12,135 bases of DNA. Origin: Octopus sinensis. Taxonomy: Eukaryota. How positions within the stretch are numbered: the first letter of the stretch is position 1; each line of letters begins with the position of its first letter. The stretch lies in assembly GCF_006345805.1 (NCBI RefSeq), contig NW_021826730.1:1-12135 (forward strand). The letters are read 5' to 3'. This document shows positions 1 through 8,890 of this stretch, in pieces. The notes under the pieces are model-generated. The model did not search any database. It had not been told where the DNA came from and saw only the letters and a list, made by a program, of their open reading frames with translations. A program made the position numbers and the translations under genes.

Positions 1-60
1 GTGAATTTGATTTAGTAATACTAAATGAATTTTTTCCTGTAAGTTTGGAATTATAGTCAC

Positions 61-138
<78 letters not shown>
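61..138. repeat. (TAT)26 perfect trinucleotide microsatellite
   Basis: Uninterrupted TAT units, 78 nt. Confidence 0.98.
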
Positions 139-143
139 CACTA

Positions 144-400
144 ATATATATATATATATATAGATATATAGATGTAGATGTGTGTGTATTTGTCTATATT
201 GCATGTGTGTGTGTATATTTTGGACTAATGAGTATGCCTCACTGGTGCGCTGTGTTGAGTAGCCAAACTGGCACATGTATGCATTCATGTATTGCATCTA
301 TACTTCAATATACACACACCACACACACCACACACACACACACACCACACACACATATAGAATATATATATATATATATTATATATATATATTATATACA
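144..400. repeat. Compound (TA)n/(TG)n/(CA)n low-complexity tract
   Basis: Alternating short TA, TG and CA dinucleotide runs with brief unique interruptions. Confidence 0.85.
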
Positions 401-409
401 CATACCATT

Positions 410-597
<188 letters not shown>

Positions 598-800
598 CAT
601 ATAAAAATTAGAAAAAAGCCCCACCTTTATCAATCAAAAGGAACAATTAAATTAACATCTAGAAAATTACATATAATAGAAAAGTTAACATTAAAATAAC
701 AATAAAATGTCAATGACTAAGTGAATTGCAAAAATAATAATAAAAACGTATATAATGTAATATACACATGTATATCTGTATGAATAAGTGCGTATATGGT

Positions 801-1253
801 ATACATACACATGCGCGCACACTCACAGACACATACACACACACACATACACTCACACATCCACTTGCGCACACCCACTCACACAATTTATATACATACT
901 ATATATACATGCACACGCACACATTTACACACACATACACAATACACATACATACGCACGCACACACATTCACCTATACACACATCCACACGCACACATA
1001 CTATACATACATACACACGTACACATTTACACACACATACACAATACACATACATGCACACCCACACACATTCACCTATACGCACATCCACACGCACACA
1101 TTCACACACACAGTATACATACATACACACGCACACACATTCACATACCCTCACACATTCACATACATACACACACAATCACATGCATACACACACACAA
1201 TTTATATACATACATACATACATACGCACGCATTCGCATACACACACAAACAC

Positions 1254-1288
<35 letters not shown>

Positions 1289-1535
1289 CACACACAAACA
1301 CACACAAACACACACAAACACAAAATACACACACACACACACGCAGTATACACACATGCATACACACGCACACACATTCACATACACTCACACATTCACA
1401 TGCATACACACACACAATTTATATACATACACACACACGCATTCGCATACACACACAGAAACACACAATACATACATACACACAATACACACACACACAC
1501 AATGCACACAGACAGTATACACACACGCAGTATAC
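801..1535 (+). repeat. Cryptic CA/CATA-rich compound repeat with internal higher-order duplications
   Basis: CA-rich tract. ACACATTTACACACACATACACAATACACATACAT recurs at 919 and 1021 (102-bp period). ACATGCATACACAC..AATTTATATACATAC recurs at 1181 and 1398. Confidence 0.9.
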
Positions 1536-1629
1536 ACCCTGGGCCATATCTCTCCCTTATCTCTGTTTCTCGTCAATGTTTGTGTTGGAGACGTCTTCAG
1601 ATTGACAATGTAATACGGGGGGATTAACG

Positions 1630-1901
1630 TGGTGGCGATGGTGGTGGTGGCGATGGTAGTGGTGGTGGTGGTGGCGATGGTGGTGGTGGTGGTGGTGGTT
1701 TTGGCGGTGGTGAGTGGTTGTGTTGTTATTGGCCGTGGCCGTAGTGTTCATGATGATGGTGATGGTGATGGTTCTGGAAATGTAACAATGTTGTAGGTTG
1801 ATGTTGATAATGGTTATGGATGTGGTGATGGTCATGGTAGTAACGGTGGTGCTGTTGTCGGTGGTGGTGGTCATGGTTGTCTTGGAAGTGGTGGTGGTGG
1901 T
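1630..1901 (+). repeat. Degenerate (GGT/GAT/GTT)n trinucleotide tract
   Basis: GGT-dominated low-complexity sequence leading into the 155-bp minisatellite. Confidence 0.9.
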
Positions 1902-2510
1902 CATGAGTTTTTATTGTTGCTGATGATGGTTTTGGTGTTATTAGGGATAATGGAGGTGGTGGTAGTGGGGAAGGCCATGGTTGGCTTGATGGTGGTGGTG
2001 GTGGTGGTGGTGGTGATGGTCATGGTTGTCTTGGAGGTGGTGGTGGTGGTCATGAGTTTTCATTGTTGTTGATGATGGTTTTGGTGTTATTGGGGATAAT
2101 GGAGGTGGTGGTAGTGGCGATGGCCATGGTTGGCTTGGTGGTGGTAGTGGTGATGGTCATGGTTGTCTTGGTGGTGGTGGTGGTGTTGTTGTCGGTGGTG
2201 GTGGTCATGAGTTTTCATTGTTGTTGATGATGGTTTTGGTGTTATTGGGGATAATGGAGGTGGTGGTAGTGGCGATGGCCATGGTTGGCTTGGTGGTGGT
2301 AGTGGTGATGGTCATGGTTGTCTTGGTGGTGGTGGTGGTGTTGTTGTCGGTGGTGGTGGTCATGAGTTTTCATTGTTGTTGATGATGGTTTTGGTGTTAT
2401 TGGGGATAATTGAGGTGGTGGTGGTGGCGATGGCCATGGTTGGCTTGGTGGTGGTAGTGGTGATGGCCATGGTTGTCTTGGTGGTAGTGGTGGTGGTGGT
2501 GTTGTTTTCG
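1902..2510 (+). repeat. ~155-bp GGT-derived minisatellite, 4 copies
   Basis: The anchor CATGAGTTTT occurs at 1902, 2051, 2206 and 2361 (periods 149, 155, 155). Units 2 and 3 read identical by eye; units 1 and 4 are diverged. Confidence 0.95.
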
Positions 2511-2545
2511 TTGTTGCAGTTTCTGATGTTGCTGTTGGGGCACCA

Positions 2546-2548
2546 TAA

Positions 2549-2581
<33 letters not shown>

Positions 2582-2952
2582 CACACACAAGCACACACAC
2601 ACACAAGCACACACACACACGCACACACACACAAACACATACACACACCATAGCATAGACACACATACACACACTCAAAAGAACACACACACAAGAACAT
2701 GCACAATAATACACACACCACACACATACACACAGAAGACCATACGCACATAAGAACTTACACACAGGAACACACGCACGCACTCACACACACACACACA
2801 CATACGCACAAAACACAATTACACACACACACACACACATACACACAAAACACAATTACACACACACACACACATACACACAAAACACAATTACACACAC
2901 ACACACACACACACATACACACAAAACACAATTACACACACATAAAACACAA

Positions 2953-2996
<44 letters not shown>
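2546..2996 (+). repeat. CA-rich tract ending in 5 copies of a punctuated satellite (CA)n-CATACACACAAAACACAAT
   Basis: AAAACACAAT(T/C) at about 2810, 2847, 2882, 2923 and 2945, separated by variable (CA)n. Confidence 0.92.
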
Positions 2997-2998
<2 letters not shown>

Positions 2999-3196
2999 CA
3001 CACCCATCCTCAACACACCTCTTCAGACACCGTCCCCCCTCTCATCCCCCCACTTTCTACTACTGTCTGTGCCTCCGTTTAACACCGTTTAACTTGTTTT
3101 AAACGCTTTTCTGTGTAATCAGGGTGTAATCGGGGTGGAAAGTATTTAAGCTGGCTTGGTAGGGGTGGTGGGTTTTGTTTCTAATCTCAAGTGTGT

Positions 3197-3371
3197 ACAT
3201 GTGTGTGTGTGTGATTGTGTTTTGTGTGTATGTGTGTGTGTGTGTGTGATTGTGTTTTGTGTGTATGTGTGTGTGTGTGATTGTGTTTTGTGTGTATGTG
3301 TGTGTGTGTGTGTGTGTGTGATTGTGTTTTGTGTGTATGTGTGTGTGTGTGTGTGTGTGATTGTGTTTTGT

Positions 3372-3402
<31 letters not shown>

Positions 3403-3662
3403 ATTGTGTTTTGTGTGTGTGTGTGATTGTGTTTTGTGTGTATGTGTGTGTGTGTGTGTGTGTGTGATTGTGTTTTGTGTGTGTGTGTGTGTGTGTGTGA
3501 CTGTGTTTTGTGTGTATGTGTGTGTGTGTGTGTGTGTGTGAGATTGTTTTGTGTGTATGTGTTGTGTGTGTGGTGTGTGATTGTGTTTTTGTGTTGTGTT
3601 GTGTGTGTGTGTGTGTGATTGTTTTGTGTGTATGTGTGTGTGTGTGTGTGTGTGTGATTGTG

Positions 3663-3696
<34 letters not shown>

Positions 3697-3951
3697 TTGT
3701 GTTTTGTGTGTATGGTGTGTGTTGTGTGTGTGGTGTGTGTGTTTGTGTTTGTTGTGTGTGTGATTGTGTTTTTGTGTGGTGTGTGATTGTGTTTTGTGTG
3801 TGTGTGATTGTGTTTTGCGTGTATGTGTGTGTGTGCGTGTGATTGTGTTTTGTGTTTTGTGTGTGTGTGTGTGTGTGATTGTGTTTTGTGTGTTTGTGTG
3901 TGTGTGTGTGTGTGTGATTGTTTTGTGTGTATGTGTGTGTGTGTATGTGTG
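3197..3951 (-). repeat. Same punctuated satellite in reverse orientation, ~20 copies
   Basis: GATTGTGTTTTGTGTGTATG recurs between variable (GT)n runs; it is the reverse complement of the 2797-2996 unit. Confidence 0.95.
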
Positions 3952-4465
3952 AAGAAAGTATTGGTTTCAATCAAGCAATGACCACCCCTCTAAATAAGAG
4001 AACTACTATGAGGTCCCTTGGCATGCGAGAAATAGAAACCAAATCTTCTTTGCCATTGGTGTTTGTAGTGTTTTGATCCCATTTGGTGAGGAAACTTTCA
4101 AGACTTGCTTTCGGGTCACACACGGAGATGAACCTATTCCATTATCACCAGGGGAAAGTCCCCAGACCAAGCGTAGAAATTACAGATTTGCTTTGTTATA
4201 AGTTCAGGCGTGGGGTTGACCAACCTGTAAACCCCTCGCCCGAACATATAGCAATACAAATCATAAATCGTATCATTGAGTCTGCTATAATGAATCCAAC
4301 ATCCAAGGGTATATTTTTTCCCTCTGAAGACATGCTCAGGTCTTACAGATTTAATATTTACTAAATATTAATCGAAACAGCTGTAAGGGATGATGATTAA
4401 TTTACTGTTGATAATAACCCTCTATTAACTTCACAATTTCCTTTTTATTTTTCTTATTTTATATC

Positions 4466-4519
4466 AATATAAACTATATGTTTTTTATATATGAATATAA
4501 ACTATATGTTTTTATATAT
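4466..4519 (+). repeat. 28-bp-period tandem duplication
   Basis: AATATAAACTATATGTTTTT(T)ATATAT occurs twice, starting at 4466 and 4494. Confidence 0.85.
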
Positions 4520-4633
4520 CTACCTATTGTCTTAAAGGAATTGATTCCCCCAAAATACTAGGTATTGAACCAGTATTTCTTTGGATGAAACCATCCCTTC
4601 ATGAGGTTAACATAACCTCTAATCGAAAGTATG

Positions 4634-4760
4634 TCTATATATATAAAGATGAGAATATGTGTGTGTGTGTGTGTGTCTGTGTGGATCCCTAAAACTCGAG
4701 AACTACGCAGCCAATTTAATTCAAATTTTACACATGCCTTACTTTGGGTCCATGTAGTGT
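4634..4760 (+). mobile_element. 5' end of a probable non-autonomous Helitron-like (Lep1/HINE-type) element; 3' end not found
   Basis: Starts TCTATATATATAAAG, then an internal (GT)n, then AAAACTCGAGAACTACGCAGCCAATTTAATTCAAATTTT. This matches from recall the TC-start, microsatellite, 'AAAAC..CCGATT..AAATTT' layout of such elements. No hairpin plus CTRR terminus located, and the base before TC is G rather than A. Confidence 0.5.
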
Positions 4761-4909
4761 CATAGGCCAAAAATGTTTAACTTCTTGCCAAGTGCGAGCC
4801 CAGAGCAATATCATATCTCCTCCACTATTTTAGTATTACGTGTCAAAATTGAAATGTCAGATATTTTCACTTTAATACTGAAATTATTAAAGTGAAACTA
4901 TTATCTCAC

Positions 4910-5017
4910 ATATATATAGGTATACATACATATATACATGCATACATCTATAATATATATATATTATGTATATATATGTACACATCTGCACAAATGTATA
5001 TATATATAAATGTGGTT

Positions 5018-5060
<43 letters not shown>

Positions 5061-5322
5061 ATATATATATATACTGTATATATATATACATGTATATATA
5101 TATATATATATAGATGTATATGTATAGTTGTATATATATACATGTATATGTATAGATGTATATATATAGATATAGATGTATATGTATACATGTATATGTG
5201 TAGATGTATATATATATATATATATATAGATGTAAATGTAATATGTACATATATATATATATACACAAATATACATGCATATATATATATACACACCATA
5301 CACACACTATATATATATACAT
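4910..5322. repeat. Compound TA-rich microsatellite with ATGT/AGATGT interruptions
   Basis: Long TA runs punctuated by recurring ATGTATAGATGT-like motifs. Confidence 0.93.
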
Positions 5323-5324
5323 AA

Positions 5325-5448
5325 GTGCACGCGTGGGTGTGTGGTAAGAAACTTGGTTCCAAAACACATGGTCCTGGTTTCATCCCACAGTGTGGTGCTT
5401 GGCATGTGTCTTCTGCTATAGCCTCACACCAACCAAAGCCTTGTGAGT
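5325..5448 (+). mobile_element. Decayed, 3'-truncated tRNA-derived SINE (CORE-like), a different family from the 9343-11301 SINEs
   Basis: Degenerate A box (TGGGTGTGTGG, ~5334-5344) and B box (GGTTTCATCCC, ~5376-5386) at tRNA spacing. These are followed by GTGCTTGGCATGTGTCTT, resembling the CCTTGGGCAAG start of the CORE domain. Family assignment is from recall. Confidence 0.65.
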
Positions 5449-5485
5449 TTGCCCACTCAGTTGTATCTTTCAAGTTATCTTTGTG

Positions 5486-5517
5486 TATATATATATAATA
5501 TATATATATATATAATA

Positions 5518-5600
<83 letters not shown>
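5486..5600. repeat. (TA)n microsatellite, imperfect
   Basis: About 115 nt of TA with a few interruptions. Confidence 0.95.
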
Positions 5601-5605
<5 letters not shown>

Positions 5606-5650
5606 AAAAAGAAGTTTGAAAACGCCACTTTATAAGATAATTTTAATATT

Positions 5651-5710
5651 CTTAGAAATTTACATGTTTCGGTTCTTCTTGAAAAAACGAACCTTATCAA
5701 AAATATTTTA
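5651..5710 (-). ncRNA. Candidate minimal type I hammerhead ribozyme (U3:A8 variant, palindromic helix III), Penelope-like-element type
   Basis: Minus strand reads UUGAUAA-[GGUUC..13-nt loop..GAACC]-GAA-ACAUGU-A. Helix II is a perfect 5 bp, helix III is the palindrome ACAUGU, and the triplet is GUA (H17 at 5661). Helix I is only weakly paired. Confidence 0.55.
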
Positions 5711-5841
5711 AAAAGTTAGGTGTAATAAAAAAGTTCATAATTGTTTCTTACTGGGTCTCAACAGAATCCACGTGTTTGTTTTTAGCTGTCTTATGTGTTC
5801 GCATAACCAGTGGCTGAAATGGCAGTAGCAGCAGTGGCAGT

Positions 5842-5898
<57 letters not shown>
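5842..5898. repeat. (TA)n microsatellite
   Basis: Near-perfect TA run. Confidence 0.97.
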
Positions 5899-5902
<4 letters not shown>

Positions 5903-6012
5903 ATATTTCGGAATGGTCATATGCCAGTATAGCCAATAAAAAACACGCACTATATATTGGTGTTATTTTGCTTCAGTGATTTTATTTTTTACATTAATCT
6001 TAATCTTATTTC

Positions 6013-6057
6013 GGCCAGAGTTCTTTCGTCACACTCCTGTGACCGCATCAGTGGTCC
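6013..6057 (-). ncRNA. Candidate minimal type I hammerhead ribozyme (variant at core position 9), Penelope-like-element type
   Basis: Minus strand reads GGACCA-CUGAUG-CG-[GUCACA ggag UGUGAC]-GAAA-GAAC-UC-UGGCC. Helix I has 5 bp with one bulge, helix II is a perfect 6 bp, helix III is tiny, and the triplet is CUC (H17 at 6018). CG replaces the canonical A9. Confidence 0.55.
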
Positions 6058-6153
6058 TTTGTTTTCTTCTTTCTTATTTGTTTGTGTCTCTCCTTACTAA
6101 CCTTACACACACACCCTCATATAGATACATGTATGTATATGTGCATATTCATA

Positions 6154-6762
6154 TCTATTATATAAAAGTCAATGTCTTTATGTGTGTTTGTGTGTTACTT
6201 ATACATTCGAAAACTGCTGCACCGATCATGATGAAATTTGGAACACAAAATCGAAGCCTAGGGAGAAGGGAAATGCTGTGTGTTTCATACAATTTGATGG
6301 ACCAAAATTACTGAATGGATCCTTATGATATTTGGAACTTAGATTCAATGCATAAGGGCGGGTATAATGCAGTATGTTTGGTTTGAATTTGAGATGGCTT
6401 AAAGGGGGCAGAATCCCCATGAAAATTCATAAATTTTCGATATTGATAAAATTTCAACCATGGGTAATTGACACACATCAAGAAGTATTCTCAAAGTTTC
6501 CACTTCTCATGAGGATTCTAAGAAGCCAGCCCCTAATGGGGGCCTTAACTCTCAAATTTTCGTAATTTCTTTTATGATCCAAAACTAAGTCAAAAGTATT
6601 GATCTTTATGAAATTTGGAAATTATATTCTATGCATAAGGGCCATAACCCCCATGACAATTCATATATTTTTGCTGTTGATGAAATTTTAACCCTAGATA
6701 TTACATACAAATGAAGTAATATTTCTAAAATTTCATCCTCTTAGAAGTTAGAAAGACCCCTC
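6154..6762 (+). mobile_element. 5' part of a probable non-autonomous Helitron-like element with a diverged ~283-bp internal duplication
   Basis: A|TC start (TCTATTATATAAAAG), short (GT)n, then AAAACTGCTGCACCGATCATGATGAAATTTGG. 6324-6359 and 6607-6642 match at 32/36 nt and the similarity continues downstream. No 3' CTRR/hairpin found. Confidence 0.55.
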
Positions 6763-6806
6763 CATTGGAATTTAACATCCACAATTTAGTCATTTTCCTA
6801 AGCAAA

Positions 6807-7895
6807 ATGGAACTGTCAAAGCGCGATATTCGAGCAATTTTGCTATTCAACTTCAAAAAAGGACGTAAAGCGGCTGAAATTGCTCGTGATATCAACGAAG
6901 CGTTTGGTGAGGAAATGACCAGTGAGTGGTCAACTCGAAAATGGTTTAAATAATTTTGCAGTGGATACCTGAGCCTTGAAGATTCTGAGCGAAGTAGACG
7001 CCCAACTGTCATCGATGACGGTCAATTAAAAACCGTCATTGAGAGAAATCCTCGTAAAACCACTCGAGAACTGGCAAAAGAACTTCAAGTTAGCCAGAAA
7101 ACGGTCTGTAACCATTTGCATGCGATAGGGAAATCAAAATGGCTCGACAAATGAGCACCACAAGATTTGAAAGAAAATCAAAAATGCGCAGATATAAAAT
7201 TTGCTCGTCACTTCTTCTCCATAACCAGAACGATCCATTTCTCTATCGTATTGTAACTTGCGATGAAAAGTGGACTCTGTACAATCATAAAAAAACGTTC
7301 TTCGCAGTGGTTGGACCAAAATGAAGCACCGAAAAGCTTCCCTAAACCCGATCTCTTCTGGCTAACTTGAAGTTCTTTTGCCAGTTCTCGAGTGGTTTTA
7401 CGAGGATTTCTCTCAATGACGGTTTTTAATTGACAGTTGGGCGTCTACTACGCTCAGAATCTTCAAGGCTCAGGTATCCACTGCTTAAAACCTAGAAAAA
7501 CCATTACCGCAGAAACATATTACCAAGAAATTGCCAATATGAACGAAAAACTGCTACTCCTCTGTCTCAGACTGGTCAACAGAAGAGGGCCAATAATTCT
7601 TCATGACAATACTCGAGCACACGTTTCACTAATGACACTCCAGAAGTTGAGGGAACTTGGCTACGAAGTTCTTCCCTACCCAGCTTATTCCCCAGACCTT
7701 TCTCCCGCTGACTACCACTTTTTCAAGCATCTTGATGGTTTCCTTCGAGAGAGGGAGTTCGAAAATCAAACCGATGCTGAAAGTGCATCCAAAGAGTCGA
7801 TCAGCTCCAGAACTCCAGATTTTTACGTTTCCAGAATAAACAAACTCGTAACTCGTTGGCAAAAATGTGTTGATTGCATTGTTGAAATATATTGT
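6807..7895 (+). pseudogene. Mariner transposase pseudogene
   Basis: Reconstructed reading: MELSKRDIRAILLFNFKKGRKAAE..WFK*FCSG..SLED..RP..; LDK*APQDL (WVPHEL motif with TGA at 7152); RIVTCDEKW; PKPDL; GPIILHDN; YPAYSPDLSPADYHFF; RWQKCVDC. There are 34 residues between the 2nd and 3rd D. Lesions: stops at 6951 and 7152, frameshifts near 7180 and 7290, and the inserted inversion. Confidence 0.95.
7356..7484 (-). repeat. 129-bp inverted copy of 6958-7099 inside the transposase
   Basis: Reverse complement of 6958-7099 with one substitution (7450) and a 13-nt deletion (CGTCATCGATGAC). Confidence 0.97.
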
Positions 7896-7912
7896 AATGA
7901 ATTTCATGTTTC

Positions 7913-7942
7913 AAAACGTTGCTTACTTTTTACTCAGCCCCA
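7913..7942. repeat. Probable right terminal inverted repeat of the mariner, followed by TA (7943-7944)
   Basis: Lies ~30 nt after the transposase end, resembles the Hsmar1-type AAAAC..TTACTTTT..CCAACC end, and is followed by TA. No partner TIR is available to confirm it. Confidence 0.6.
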
Positions 7943-8144
7943 TATTTGTGTGTGGTGTGTGTGTGTGTGGTGTGTGGTGTGTGTGTTTACTCCCCCCCCA
8001 CGCCTCTTGACAAGCTATTTTGCAAATTTTTGAAGTATGTGTGTATATGTCTGTCTGTCTGTCTGTCTGTATATATTATATACACACACACACACGTATT
8101 AACATGACCACCATTACGGACCAGCTACATGACACCTCTGGTCA

Positions 8145-8292
8145 ACCACCACCACCACCACCGCCACCGCCACTACCACCACCACCACCACCGCCACCAC
8201 CACCACCACCACCGCCACCACCACACTCCACCACCACCACCACCACCACCACCAACACCACCAACACCACCACCACCGCAACCACCACCGCC
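8145..8292 (+). repeat. (CCA)n imperfect trinucleotide microsatellite
   Basis: CCA units with CCG/CAA/CTA variants. Confidence 0.95.
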
Positions 8293-8308
8293 CGACAATC
8301 AGGCACGT

Positions 8309-8377
8309 CCCCGATCACTACCCCCACCCCACCCCGCGCGCTCATCACCCCCCTTACCCCGCACCGTTCCCCACCCC
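8309..8377 (-). other. Potential G-quadruplex (minus strand) / i-motif (plus strand)
   Basis: Eight runs of 4 or more C in 69 nt (8309, 8321, 8327, 8332, 8348, 8357, 8369, 8374). Confidence 0.6.
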
Positions 8378-8890
8378 AATCGCCAACCTTATCTTGTAGA
8401 TTAGCACGTATACCCCGGAAAAGAGGTGATTAACTTCAGCGTCGAATGTCTCGCTGGTAAGGGATTTCGATAAAGACGTAGTGTCGTGTAAACACGAGGC
8501 ACCTTGCCTTCCCATCCACCCATCCACCCGTATTTTAACCACCCTACCACCCCTAGCCATCCGTTTCTCTCTCTCTCTCTCTCCCCCCCTCTCCCTCAAT
8601 CTACCTGTCTTCTACCCGTTTATACAAATAACTCTAACCCACCCCGAATATCACTATTTGCACCTTGCTCTGTAATCACACGAAACAGTCTTCGCTTGAT
8701 TCTTTCGACACACACACACACACACACACACAAATACATACATGTGTGTTGTGTGTGTGTGTGTAAAGGGTGCGAGAGGTATTTGAGGACATACCTGTTG
8801 ATTTAATTAACAGCCCTTAACTAGCAAAACCGTAAAATATTTAAATAAAAACTTGTGCACATGTTCTCCCTAAGTTTTGTCATAGGGCCA

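Larger units (their letters stand above)
6763..7942 (+). mobile_element. Mariner (DD34D, Hsmar1/cecropia-like) transposon remnant: left TIR missing, probable right TIR and TA retained
   Basis: Transposase homology along its length. It ends AAAACGTTGCTTACTTTTTACTCAGCCCCA|TA, resembling mariner right TIRs. No reverse-complement copy found upstream in the window. Confidence 0.93.

Noticed and set aside
39-44. GTAAGT splice-donor consensus near the window start
   Set aside because: A single hexamer with under 40 nt of upstream context, which is T-rich rather than exon-like, cannot be supported.
1565-1600. Hammerhead-like CUGAAGA..GAAA on the minus strand
   Set aside because: It has an extra base before GAAA, a non-canonical helix II closing pair, and no helix III/NUH or helix I.
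7437-8033. 198-aa ORF as a functional or domesticated transposase gene
   Set aside because: It begins at a TTG inside the inverted insert, lacks the first catalytic Asp and the DNA-binding domain, and runs on into GT repeats.
8020-8433. Poly-Pro/Thr ORF resembling a formin or extensin segment
   Set aside because: It is the (CCA)n microsatellite. All frames are low complexity, and the poly-Pro switches to poly-Thr at an indel.
8709-8764. (AC)n followed by (GT)n forming a small hairpin
   Set aside because: Adjacent complementary dinucleotide runs are common at this microsatellite density.
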